A DNA stretch of 64,000 nucleotides, taken from positions 81,470,001 through 81,534,000 of the forward strand of contig NW_024704742.1 in assembly GCF_018977255.1 (NCBI RefSeq). Reading direction: 5' to 3'. Shown here piece after piece: positions 12,042 through 24,473 of this stretch. Both the position numbers and the translations under genes were made by a program. The notes under the pieces were generated by a model. It made no database searches. It saw only the letters and a list, made by a program, of their open reading frames with translations, and was not told the origin of the DNA. The DNA comes from Callorhinchus milii. Lineage: Eukaryota. How positions within the stretch are numbered: position 1 is the stretch's first letter; every line of letters begins with the position of its first letter.

Positions 12042-13379
12042 TAAAACAGACTGCTTATCTCTCATCCCCTCCACCATTGGCAAACGTGCATTCAGCCCTA
12101 CGCCCCTAAACTATGGAACTCTGCCTCAATTTCTCTGCCTTGCCTTCTGCTTGCCTCTTTTCAGATCACATGTGAAGACCTTCCTCTTCAACCGTGCCTA
12201 CAGTCATCTCCCTCTCTCCCAGCTCGGTGTGAGGCTCCGCTAATGTTAAGCACTCTGAGACGCTACCCCGTATGAAGGGCATTGTATAAATGTAAGTAGC
12301 AGTAGTTGTTGGAAGCAGAAACGGAAGTGATGTGGAGACTGATGGATGTGCATTCCTTTTTCTCCACCTCAATAAAAGATAACTTATTTAAAATAACAAC
12401 TGCCTTTGACTTCAATATACTAAATGCAATTCCAAAAGTCCAGATCGTGCCAGCATTATCTGAAGCAGTCACTGGTTTGCTGCTATTGATGTTTTTATTT
12501 TTTGTACAATGGTATAAGACAGATGTTACAAAACCTAGACATTGCCCTGGCAATGCAATCTGTGCCTCTGAATAACACTCTCCACGTACATAACAGGAAA
12601 GTTCCGCTTTCTGACTTGAACTGAAGCCATTTGCTGGCTGTCAGAGTCAGATTTTTTTGCTCTCTGGATCAGACCTAGATCATTTGTAANTTTTTTTAAA
12701 CCTCATTTGAACAGCAGAGAATTTTCCACTTTGCATCCTGACCTGTACAGAAACACGCCACTTCAAGACCTGAAGGGCAACAAGACCAAACAGATATTCA
12801 GGGACATGTTGAACTACCTGATTACAAATGAAGAGCCATCAATCATTTATGTAAGCAGAGAGTTACATATTCACTCTAAAGCTGCCAGAAATTAATTCAA
12901 GCCAAAGTCAAAAACAGTTTTTCAGAAGCTTCTGTTTCACATTAAAACTCAAAGGTGAAACACCTTCTTACTACCTCCGTTCCTCTCTGCACCACTCTTG
13001 AATCCATACTTCTTTTCGCCCTGCTTGGTGATCCCTATATCTCTGAAGTGCTTTGAGCCATTCATTCTACATGAAAAGTGCCCAAATAAGGTTACAAGAT
13101 CACACAGGACAGGACATAAAGAAGTCCTATCGACCATTTTGATCTCACCTTTGCAGAAGACACACCCTCCCATCCTCCCATCACAGCAGCAAAAATGTTT
13201 CTTTATATGAAATGTGCGAGTTGTTGTTATAGTTGTCAAACCAACAGACGAAATCTTCTGGAATTAGCCAGCTCAGAAGAAGAAGTTAAAGTACAAAATT
13301 TAAAAAAAACATAAGGACAAAATAAAGAACACTATTAGACAATATATAGACATCAAAAAAAATTGACCACTAAATAACA

Positions 13380-13720
13380 ATAAAATAATAATCTTTACAT
13401 TTGCCATAACACCTTTCGCGTCAGGAGGATGTATCAAAATGCTTCACAGCATTTACTGGCAATGTATGTGGCAACCAATTTGCACATAGTGGTCCTATAA
13501 ACAGCCATTAAGTGAATAGGCAATTTTAGTTGAGAGATTCCTTGGCTAGGACAATGAGAAACTCCTTTCTCTTTTCAAATCGTACTATGGGATTTTTAGC
13601 GTCCACTTGAACAGGCAGATGTTTAACTCTTCATATGAAGTATAGCAACTCCAGCAATGCAGCACACCCCCAACACTGCACTGGAGTGGCAACCAAAACT
13701 GGGCTCAAAGTCCAGTCATG
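13380..13720 (-). mobile_element. Deu-domain SINE family B
   Basis: Reverse-complement core and tail. Confidence 0.7.
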
Positions 13721-14957
13721 AGGCCGAAATTCAATGCCGTCTTCTGGCTCTAAGCAGCATAAATGAATATTATTATTCAATAATAATAAGCAAATATTAT
13801 GTAAGAAAACAATAATGATAATCCTTGTGTTTCATGTTGACAAAATGTCTCAAAACACTTCACAAGGTTTTTATTGTTAAGTATAGTAAACTGTATTTGT
13901 ACGCAAACATGACTGTCAATTTACACACAGCAATTTCTCACAAACAGCCGTCATGGCATGACGTGAATGAATTAAATCCACTCACTTTCAGACTTCAAAT
14001 GTTTGAGGATTTTTGTTGGGCCGCTCTGCTACACTTTCTACATTCCCACTTTGTTAACTCAGTTTGGTAATGTGATGATAATCACATCAACATTTCCCAC
14101 CTATTATTTTACACAAATTAACAAATAATGAATGTGTTTTACTAAAAGGGCTTCACCCCCCCCATTGATTTTATGACTTCGTAATCTGGTTAGTGAAATT
14201 AAATGTTGTCGTTTGTATAAACCATGTAACTATGAAGATTATTTTATATAATCTTCTGGCTCTGCACACCTAACACCACATTTATATAAAAAAGGTGGAT
14301 ACCCCACACAAGTAAATGCACTGAGCAAAATTACTTTTTGGCATTTTGAATTTGGCAAACTGTTGAAATCAATCTCAACTTTGAAGACCATCTTCTGCAT
14401 TTCTTAAACAAAACTTACAGAAAATCAACTTCATAATTAAAGCTGAATTTAAGAATTTGTCAAAGTCTGGATTCCCATAAATGCTACGTTAGAGTTAATC
14501 TAGACCAAGGTAGAATTTCTATCCTCCCTCATTGTTTTAATCAACCATGTCCCCAGCTTGGGCTAAGCCAGATCCTAAAATCCTTCAGGGATCAGAGTTC
14601 CACATACAGACATTTAACTCAGTGGCTTACTTAAACACAACACTTTCAAACTCTTCCAAACCCAATCATTCCAGCAGACGACCAAAAGCTTTTAATCAGA
14701 TCTCAAAACATTTATTTTTACATATTATAAGAAACCATAAACCCTTCCACCACTTCAAAAGTTGCAAAGACCAAAAAAACAAAAACAACTCCACAAATAA
14801 ATGATTTCCTGAGTTATAAAATGTATTTCTGGTAAAACATGAATTCCTCTGGTGGCTCAAGTAACAAAGCTGTCTCCACTAGTGTGAAAAATAAGCCGAG
14901 CATGCCCAGAACGTCTCAAATTTAATCCCAGTCTATACTAGGATAACTGATCTCTGT

Positions 14958-15332
14958 GGAGTCCTGCAGCTTAGTGGTTAGAGCACTCGTCTCGCAAGCA
15001 AGAGGATCTGGGTTCAATTCCTGTCAGGGTGCAACGTTAGGCAAATTTCCTTACTCCACACGCCTCTGTTTAACTAGCAGGAGGTAGGAACCTGGTTGTT
15101 CGTTGATTGGTGGATTGTTTTTCCATGGCTAATGATCCCTTGAACTAAAGAAACAAAAAAAATGTAGTCAATCAATCCACGACTGTTTATGGGACACTGT
15201 TGTGCACAATTTGCTGCCACGTTTCGCCAATAAAATATCCTGTTAATTCAGTTTACAGTTTATTCTGTGAAGCGCTTTGTGATGCCTCAAACATGTGATG
15301 AGACGCTATATCAAGTGCAAGGATTATTATTA
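14958..15332 (+). mobile_element. tRNA(Ala-like)-headed SINE, family A, full length
   Basis: Head GGAGTCCTG..GCTTAGTGGTTAGAGCAC (A box)...GGTTCAATTCC (B box). Core GGCAAATTTCCTTACTCCACACGCCTCTGTTT. L2-like tail ending (ATT)n. Confidence 0.85.
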
Positions 15333-16443
15333 TCTCAGCCGTCCTGCAGTTGGACTGGAAGAACCATACTTAGTGCCCTCAAGTACAGAGGGAGAAATAA
15401 AACAAACTAATGTTGTTTCTACTGCTCATTAGCGACAGCTAGATTTTGTTCCAAAAGCCCTCTCTCACAGCCAGGTGAATCCAAGACATTCATATTAGTT
15501 TTGCGTGTTCCTGGTGGTGAGCCTATACTTCAGATCAGACATTAAACTGAAATCCCATCTGCCTGCTTGGGTGAATGTTAAAAATCCCACAGAGAAGGGA
15601 ATTTCTCCACTGTGTCAGCTTGGCTGAGTGGGTGGTACACTTGGCTGTGGGTCAGAAGGTTGTGGATTCAGGCTTCATGTCAGGGCTTGAGCTCAACAAC
15701 AGTGATCAACGCCACTCCATGGTCAGTTCACAGAGATAGAATTGAAGGTGAATTGTGTAATTTCCAACGGTTGAGCACTCTGGCTGAGGAACATTGAATT
15801 TCAACCAGAAATGAATGCCAGACATTGCCAGCTGGACTGAGAAAATATTTACAACTAGTATAAATCAGAGCTGCTAATAATGCTTTATTTCCAAACAGTT
15901 AGTATTCATTAAAATAAGTCTCTAATCAATAATCTTATTGCAATTTAAGAAGCAAACTCTATCCATTTACTCTGCTTCAAAGTCACACAGACAAAAAAAC
16001 CTTATTTAGCCTTAGATTGAAGGAAATCATTGCCCTATTTTTCTAAGCTTTCAGCTCACACACATTGTGAAGCTGAAACAAACATTGACTTTGCAGTACG
16101 CAAAATACTGCAGATGTTGGAAATTTGAAACAAAAACAGATGTCACTGGGAACACTTAGCAGGTCAGGCAGCATCTATGGAAAGGAAAGTGAGTCAATGT
16201 TTTGGGTCCACAACCCTTCATCAGAACTGGGGCATATTGGGAGGGAGAGTGTAGTGATTCTAAATTTGCAGTGATTCTCAGATCTTATGAATACAATAAC
16301 AATGTATCTGTTATTTTACCTGGCTAGGACATAAGGGATTTTTAAAAAATAAAACAGTGCTATTAAATCTTAAATTTTAATGTCTTATCCGTAGACGACA
16401 CCTTCAACAACATAGTGCTCACCAAGTACTGGGCTGGATTTCA

Positions 16444-16700
16444 AATAATATAATAATAATAATAATCCTTGCATTTGATATAGCGCTTTTCACGTTGGGA
16501 GGACGTCCCAAAGCGCTTCACAGAACATAATGTAAAGTGAATTGACTGTATAGTTGTGGGCGAACGCGGCAGCCAATTGCGCACAGCAATGTCCCACAAA
16601 CAGTCGTGGATTGAAAATGACCAATTTATTATTGTTTTCTTTTTTGGAGGGATTATTATTAGGTGTGTGGAGTAAGGAAACTTGCCCAAGGTTTCGCCCT
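16444..16700 (-). mobile_element. SINE family A deletion variant (tail + partial core)
   Basis: (TAA)n tail; junction GGATTATTATTAGGTGTGTGGAGTAAGG. Confidence 0.75.
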
Positions 16701-16884
16701 GTGTACCTATTAATAAATGATGTTTGATATTTCATCCTCACTGCTCAGTCTTTCTCTTTATATCCTACCGTATAACCCAATGCAAGCTATTTATGGTACC
16801 TTCTTTCTACTACTTGGACTAGAGCTGTGGTGATTTTCTGAAGATGTTTATTTTACAAGCCAAAAGAGGTACTGTAACACTAAG

Positions 16885-19820
16885 ACAACAACAACAACAT
16901 GGACGTGAGCTGGGGGTCGGGGTCGGGGAGGGTGGAGGATGGTGGGGGGCAAGTAAGGAGATCGAAAGTACGATCGAAAACGAGAGTCTTAAGAATGGTC
17001 TTGAAGGAGGCAAAGGAGGGGGCAAGGTGGAGGGACCGCAGGATGGAGTTCCAGAGAGTGGGGGCAGAGTGGCAGAAGGCCCGCCATTGGTGGGGCGAGC
17101 GAGGCGGGGGACATGAAGCAGGCCGGAGCCTGCTGAGCGGAGGGAGAGAGCAGGATGGTAGGGGTATACGAAGTCGCAGAGGTAGGAGACAAGACCATAG
17201 AGGGCTTTGAAGGTAAGGATCAGTATCTTGATTTGTATCCTCTGTGTGATGGGAAGCCAGTGGAATCGGGGGAGGATGGGGGTGATAGCTTTGCGGAGCC
17301 TGGTGCGAGAGAGGACGTGGGCAGTAGAAATTTGGATAATCTGCAGCCTCTGGAGGGAGGAGTTGAGACTACGGGATGGAGTTCCGGAGGGTTGGGGCAG
17401 AGTGGTGGAAGGCCCGCTCCCCAATAGTGGGGCGAGCAAGGCGGGGCATGTGAAGCAGGCTGGAGCCCGCTGAGCGGAGGGAACGAACAGGGTGGTAGGG
17501 GGTTAGGAGGTTGCAGAGGTAGGGGAGAGCAAGCCTGTGGAGGGCTTTGAAGGTGAGGAACAGGATCTTGAACTGTATCCTCTGTGTGATGGGAAGCCAG
17601 TGGAGTCGGGCAAGGATGGGTGTGACAAGGTCGCGGAGCCTAATGCAGGAGAGGACACGGGCTGCAGAGGTCTGGATGATCTGCAGCCTGTGGAGGGAAG
17701 AGTTGGGGAGGCTGACAAGCAATGAGTTTACATAGTCAAGCTTCAATGTAATGAAAGCATGTATGAGGGTTTCATCGGGCTGGGGTATGACAGTGGTGGA
17801 GCTGGGTGACATTGCGGAGGTGGGGGAAGGCAGAGGGGGTCATGGCGCAGATGTGGAGTAGAAAGAATAGTTGAGGGTCAAACAAGATCCCAAGGTTCCG
17901 GACTGGCTTAGCATGGTGGGGTGTGCAACCATGGATGGTGATGCTGTCAGTGCCTGAGGTGAGGATGCGCTAACAGGAGTCAATCAGGAGAGCCTCCGTC
18001 TTGTTGACGTTGGGGAGGCCGATAAGCAATGAGTTTGAGGCTCAATGTAATGAAGGCATTCAACTGAAGAAAATTAGCTCTCATCCAGGTTTGATGTCTG
18101 ACAAACATTCTGTCAGCACAGCAATGGTCCTGGAGTCAAGGTTGTAGGCAGAGAAGTAGAGTTGGGTGTCATCCCCATAAATGTGGAAGTTGACCTCATG
18201 TCTGTGAATGATGTCACCAAGAGGGAGCATATAGATATTGAAGAGGAGGGAACCAAGGACAGAGCCCTGAGGAATGCCACACGAGACTGTGTGGAGGCTA
18301 GAGGAGAAAACGTTTGTTGAGATGAACCAGTCAAGGACAGAGCCATGAAGGTTGAGGTGAGAGGAGATGCGGTGGATGAGGATAGAGTGGTCGATGGTGT
18401 TGAAGGAAGCAGAGAGGTCAAGGAGGATGAGGAGGCAGAGGGAGCCTTGGTCGCAGATGGATAGAATGTCATTTGTCACTTTGACCAGGGCTGTTTCTGT
18501 GCTGTGGGTGTCACAGAAACCCGATTGGAGGGGTTCGTGAAGGGGGTGGCGGGAGAGGAAGGAGCAAAGCTGGAAAGCAATAAATCCTTCCAAGACCTTG
18601 AAGAGGAAAGGGTGGTTGTAGATGGGGCGGTAATTTGGGAGTAGAGATTGGTCCTGGGAGGATTTGTTAAGGATAGGAGTGATGACGGCGATTGTCATTG
18701 CGTGAGGAATAGGTCATTGCGGGAGGAAGCCCAGAGGGGAAGAAGTTCAGATGACTCCAAAGCAGTTGAGAGGGAGGGATGCAAATTTTTTTCCAAGGGT
18801 GATAGGAGATGGAGGTGGGTTGGGTGACGGTGGGGGAGAGGGATTGAGGAGTTAAGGGAGATGAAGTGATGGTCCAAGATTGCTTTGTCAATGATGGTGA
18901 CATCTGAGACGGTAAGGCCCTGAGTGATCACCAGGTCGAGGAGTTGACCATGGATGTGGGTGGCGGAGTGGATGTGGAGGGAAAGATTGAGGGAGGGGAT
19001 AAGGTAGGAGACATCCGCAGAGGTAGAGCAGGAGGGGTGAAGTGAAGGTTGAAATCGCCAAGGATGAGGAGGAGATAGGAGCAGAGGGAGAGGGAGAATA
19101 GGTGGGTGGAGATGTGGGGGATAAAGGTAGGGGAGGGCTTTGGGGGGCAATAGATGAGGAGGATTTTGAGAGAAAGGTTGGAGGGGTGATAAAGGGTAAG
19201 GTGCTCAAAGAGGGGAAGGTTCCATAGGAGGAAGTGAAGCCGAGCGGGGACCGGGAGGTGAGAGCTACGCCACCAGCACAGCGGTTAGGTTGAGGGATGT
19301 GATGGAAGGTGTAGCCAGGTGGTGTGGCCTCTGTCAGGGGGAAGGGGTTGCCTGGAGCGATCCAGGTTTCAATGAGGGTGAGAATGTCAATGTATTCATC
19401 GACAATGAGGTCTTGGATGGTGAGTGTTTTGTTGGAGAGGGAACGGACATTTTGTAGCCCGATGCGGAGGGGACAGCTGATGGCAGAATGTGGGGGGCGA
19501 GGGGGGTGAGGAGGAGGACTGACATGGAGGGTGGTGATGTGGATCAGGGAGGAAAGGTTGGCCCCTGGGGTCAGGGACTGGTGAGCCTTGCAGCGAGAGT
19601 AGGGGACAGGGCAGTCAGAGTGGCTGTTGTTAGACAGACAGTGGCGTCTGCCACGGTGGGCTCGATGGAGGATTCGAAGACTGGAGCAGAGGGAGGCTGT
19701 GGGACGGTCGAGCAGGGATAGCAGTCAGGGAGGGCGGTGGGAGAGGAGGACCGAGTGGGAGTAGTGGAGGTTAGATGACAGGGGTGGGGGCATTTTGGGG
19801 AAGCAGCTCGGGTCGGAGCT
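16885..19820 (-). mobile_element. L2-clade LINE, near full-length ORF2, rearranged and inactive
   Basis: APE endonuclease motifs (LQNVRSLSNK, LIETW, GGVAL, LLDLVIT, LDHH) at ~19470-18850. RT motifs (NYRPI, HSTETAL, LLDLSASFNTIDH, GIPQGSVLG, YGDDTQLY) at 18698-18081. C-terminal LHWLPITQRIQFK. (TTG)n tail at 16885-16898. Frameshifts and stops present. Confidence 0.93.
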
Positions 19821-20432
19821 AATCAGAGTTTACAGGAATCGAGATGACAATAATAATTATATTAATAAATGGCTACGTATAGCGACTTATCATAGTGAAA
19901 CATCACAAAGAGCTTGAACGATTTTTTTCGGTAAAATGTAGTGACTGTAGATTGCAGAACCAAACACCTGACCTCTATACCACACAAAAGAATCCTGGTA
20001 ATGGAATGATTCATCTGGGAGTGAAGGGAGACCAGAGAAAGAACCAACTGGCAGCACATAACCCACTTGTCTTTAAGCCTGTTCAACTGTTGGCACTCTG
20101 AATCACTTACTATGTCCCACCACTCACTTGTGCTAACCTACAACAGACTGCGGAAGCCAACAATGCATTTTCAGTAGCACATTGCTGTTCCTCTCAATGA
20201 CCGTGTAAAAGTTGGCGTTGGCTGATAAATAACCTGCCAACGCTCATTCTACAGTTTCACATGAGCAATGACCATTTGAGAAAAAGGGCACCAGTGGGAA
20301 CATATCCCAACAACAACAAATTACATTTGTATAGCACCTTACATGTCAGGAGGACATTCTAATCCCAGCAGGAATTACGCAGTGAGAAACTGAATAACAA
20401 ATGTGAATGCTGTCGTCCAATTGGGCTCCTAC

Positions 20433-20688
20433 CTTCGTGAAGTGCTCTTCGAGCTAAGGCCTCAAACTCAGCAAAACTGTGCAGGATGTAGCAGTGCTCT
20501 TCCTTAGGATGTGAGGCCATGTCTTGCAGTTCGCGAATGTTACCCTGCCAAATGCCAAACGTAAAGATTTCCACTCCAAGGTCTCGCAGGGAAGCTGCAA
20601 TGGGCCTCGGATCCCCGCCATTTGAATAGCCATCTGTGATAAGGAAGACCACTTTGGTGGAGTTCACACGTGAATGCCGCAGTATTTG
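20433..20688 (-). CDS. SVEP1: SVEP1 coding exon 2 (C-terminal half of vWA domain)
   Basis: Acceptor ttgtttgtttAG|CAA. Encodes [85 protein letters not shown]. Donor G|GTAGG. 256 nt, phase 0 to 1. Confidence 0.97.
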
Positions 20689-20747
20689 CTAAACAAACAA
20701 GAAGAGCAGCACATTACATATTACTGAAGACAGCATCATATAGTATA

Positions 20748-21102
20748 CCTTGTGTTTGATATTGCGCCTTATCACATCCTTGAGATGTCTCAAAGCACTT
20801 TACAGAATATATTGTAAAGTGGATTGACTGTGTATTTTATGGTAAAACGCTGAGGCCAATTGTTCACAGCCGAATCCCATGAACAGTTGTGGACTGAATG
20901 ACCCAATTTATTTTTAGGGAGGAATTACTACCCCGGAAAGTGATCTGCCAATCGAGTAACAACCAGGTTCCTACTTACTGCTACGTAAACAGAGGCGTGT
21001 GGAGTGAGGAAACTTGCCTAAAGTTTCACCCCGCCCGGGAATCAAACCTAGGTCCTCTTGCTTGCGAGGTGAGTGCATTAACTACTACACTATGGGATTC
21101 CA
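20748..21102 (-). mobile_element. SINE family A, full length, ending ~60 nt before the exon 2 acceptor
   Basis: Reverse complement of the family A consensus. Confidence 0.85.
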
Positions 21103-22574
21103 CAGAGTGATAAGATCAGAGCACTAAAATTCCACCCTCGACGTATAAGACGCTCTATAAATGTAATTTTGTTGTTATTGTTGTAACCAAAGTTACTCAA
21201 TTATGTAACATTTACAGTGTCCAGAATTTGGTGAATTCTTAAATACGGTCTCTGTTTCAAGCTGGTTTTCAGTAAATAAATTTAAGAACTACAAAAAACA
21301 CAATTCTGAAATGTTATGTGAATAGGGTAAATCCTATAAATTTAACCAATGTTTGATTCCCATTTACTGTTAATTTCAACAGTAAAAAGATATAATAATA
21401 AAACTGTATACAACTGGAGTTTAAGGTCATTCCAAGTGTGTTCTACTTCTGTAAGAAATTATGAGTTCAACATTATAGGCCGCCAATTATCATTAAACAT
21501 TGAGTCTTCTTGAGTCATGCAACTGGCCAGTTTATACATACCACTGTCATCTGCCTTGATATCCCAAAACAGCCATCAACTTGGGTGCAATGATTGAATG
21601 GCCTCCCACTGCAATTTCAAGGAATTTTACAATTTGCAATTCTTATTGACTGCAAGTTAATGATGGTTATTAATACACCCAGTTCTGAGTTTTTAATATG
21701 TATTGATTCAGTCCCTATAAAGGAATTTGTATTTCTGTTACTGCGGTCCCGAATAACAGCCACTGACCCAGCACAGTGGTGGGAAACAAAATCAATTCTT
21801 TTGCACATTTCATACAATGGTATGTATTGAGACCTATTTAGGTTTTTGCAAATAACAAACTCTAAACATAGTTACAAATTTAGTTACGATGAAGTTTATC
21901 CTTCAACTCCATGATAATATTAACTATATAGGACAAAGTTTGTAAAGTTTCTTAACTATTGCTTGTGTTAACTATTGCCCATGATATGGCAGCACACACC
22001 TCCAGGGAAGCAGATTTTTCCTTTTCATATCCAGCTTTCCCTATCTATTTTTAAATTCAAGTGAAGTATTTTTTGCTGTGTAAATTTTAGCCCCTATTAT
22101 GGTCTCTAAACTTTTTTTTTCTTTTTTAGTATTTACTCTGCTTCATTTGCCAAGAAGGAATGAAAGCCACATCTTCGATAAATATTTTGCTGATTAAATA
22201 GGCTAGGTCAGAGTTTATGACAATTCAACAATTTAATGAATATCATTCAGCATTCAGGACCTGAGAAGACAATTGAGTGAAATAGGTCAAATGATTTTTT
22301 AAACACATTCATTTTTTTTCCCCCAAAGTTACATTAACTTGCTTCACATATACAAATGATCTTACTTCAGATTGTTCTAGATGCTGCAGGTCATGTAACT
22401 GAATTAATATAGGGTGACCCTGGAATAAAATTGCCTGCATTTATATCCTGGAAGACAGCCAGTCCATGCTGGAATTGATGAAAGTAGTTCTAGTGGATAG
22501 TTTTTTACGGAGCTGTTATAATGTAGTGTCTAATTTTCTTGACATATACATTATATTATAAGGATTATAAAAAC

Positions 22575-22995
22575 TAATCCTTGCTTTTAATATAGCCTCT
22601 TTCACATTATAAGGACATCTCCAAGCACTTTGCAGGCTTTACTGTGAAGTGTAGTGACTGTATGTTATAGGGAAATGCAGTAACCAATATTGTACACAGC
22701 AATGTCCCACAAACAGCCATGAACTGAATGACCACATCTATCTGGGGAGAATGTTGTCCAGGACACCAAGCGAAATGCCCATCACTTTTCAAACAGAACC
22801 ATGGGATCTTTAATGTCCACCTCAACAGACAGACAGGACCCTGGGTTAACATCTCATCTGAAGAACGAGACCTGTAACAACTCCCCAGCATTGCATTGGA
22901 ATGTCAGCCTAGACTGTGAATCAAACCCTCAACATGGGACTGAAACCCACAAGCTTGGGACATGGAGACGAGTGTGCTATCAGCGAGCCAGGATG
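22575..22995 (-). mobile_element. Deu-domain SINE family B
   Basis: CCAGGACACC...CCATGGGATCTTTAATGTCCACCT...TTAACATCTCATCTGAAG (reverse complement of the core). Confidence 0.78.
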
Positions 22996-23320
22996 ACATA
23001 CAGTATAACCCTGTAACATTAGAGTTTTACAAATATAGAATGGCTTGGTTGATGAGTCAATAGAAAGAGTGAATCTGGGTGGCTATTTGATTCCAGGATT
23101 TGAATTTCCCCAATGCGGCATATCATCAGCTGAATATGAGCTGTTTTATATAGACCAGAAAAACCACAGGATACCATATGCCGATGGATTTCATTTAGGT
23201 ATCCTCGTGCGGAAATTAAATTCTTATTGCAAGAGTTATACAATCAAACTTGGGTGGGCTGTAAAATTAAAAGAGTAAGAAAGTCATTGTAGAATTGTTG
23301 GTAAAACCATGAAAGCTGTT

Positions 23321-23468
23321 TTTTACATAATCCAGTGTCTTGGTCACAACCACCAAGAGGCTCAGCACCATATGATCTGGAATACAACTGAGAACTTCTT
23401 AAGACTTTGCTGACTGGGATCAACGATTCATATACTGCAAGTTTTTGCAATCAAATATTTTCAAAGCA
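23321..23468 (+). repeat. Direct repeat copy 1 (~145 bp)
   Basis: Nearly gapless match to 24474-24620 (roughly 85% by eye). Confidence 0.85.
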
Positions 23469-24003
23469 GAAGTTTGCTCCATTGGTGACTATATTTATCA
23501 TTTACACACTTCAGTTTTAGAATCAGTAAGTTTCAAACTGTAAGATTCAATTCAAATTATGTCTTCCTTACGCATTGGGCAAATACAGTACAAAAAGTTG
23601 AGTTTTAAACCTAAGCACAGACTTCCATGGGTGGGGGGGGGGAAGCATTGTTTATCATGTTTATTGGCTTCCAAGCAATAAAAAACGCCCAAAGTTCACA
23701 CTCCTTCAAACCAATGCCAATATGTGTTTAGGGTAATTTAAAGTTGTGGGCTGCCGTCACTAGATTTATAGTCCATCATTAATCTGTTTGACATACCAAG
23801 CGCTGCACTTCTGGCAGCGATAACACTTCAGTCTCTGTTTCTGGCATCAGTATTTAAGAAATGTGGCTTTGTTTACATTCAGAGGGTCCAACCGGTCAAT
23901 CACTGTGACAGCGATCTTACAACACCAACTCGGTGCTCAATCACCCATTTAGAAACTCAGCGCTGAGCTTTGCAGCTCTCACTGTGATTGGCAGCACTGG
24001 CAG

Positions 24004-24305
24004 CTCAGATCACCGCCCAATCAGAGAGAAGGCCAAGTCAGATAGTTGGCCAATCAGAGAGAAGGTCAGGCCAGATCACCGCCCAATCAGAGAGAAGGCC
24101 AAGTCAGATAGTTGGCCAATCAGAGAGAAGGTCAGGCCAGATCACCGCCCAATCAGAGAGAAGGCCAAGTCAGATAGTTGGCCAATCAGAGAGAAGGTCA
24201 GGCCAGATCACCGGCCAATCAGGGAGAAGGCCAAGTCAGATAGTTGGCCAATCAGGGAGATGGAGGTCAGACAGTTGGCTGATCCGGGAGAATGTCAGGT
24301 CAGAT
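24004..24305 (+). repeat. 33/66-bp tandem repeat with one CCAAT box per 33-bp unit
   Basis: Alternating units CAGATCACCGCCCAATCAGAGAGAAGGCCAAGT and CAGATAGTTGGCCAATCAGAGAGAAGGTCAGGC; 8 good units plus 1 degenerate. Confidence 0.95.
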
Positions 24306-24473
24306 GGTGGAGAGAAGGAAACACTGAGGTGGTGCACAAGCTCTCATGAGCCCAGAGTCTCTCTTCATCAACCTGTTGTGTGATCACAAGATTGGTTTGG
24401 ATAAAGAAGGCCCCTCAGCCATCCGATCTCATCCTCCAGAACATCCACCCTACCATCCCACCATCAAACAGAT

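Noticed and set aside
16819..19721. Numerous Pro/Ser-rich or Gly-rich ORFs
   Set aside because: Alternative and antisense frames of C-rich L2 sequence.
23933..24383. Repetitive ORFs (138 aa and 131 aa) and CRISPR-like periodicity
   Set aside because: The ORFs are just read-through of a 33/66-bp tandem repeat. There are no unique spacers or cas genes, and the context is eukaryotic.
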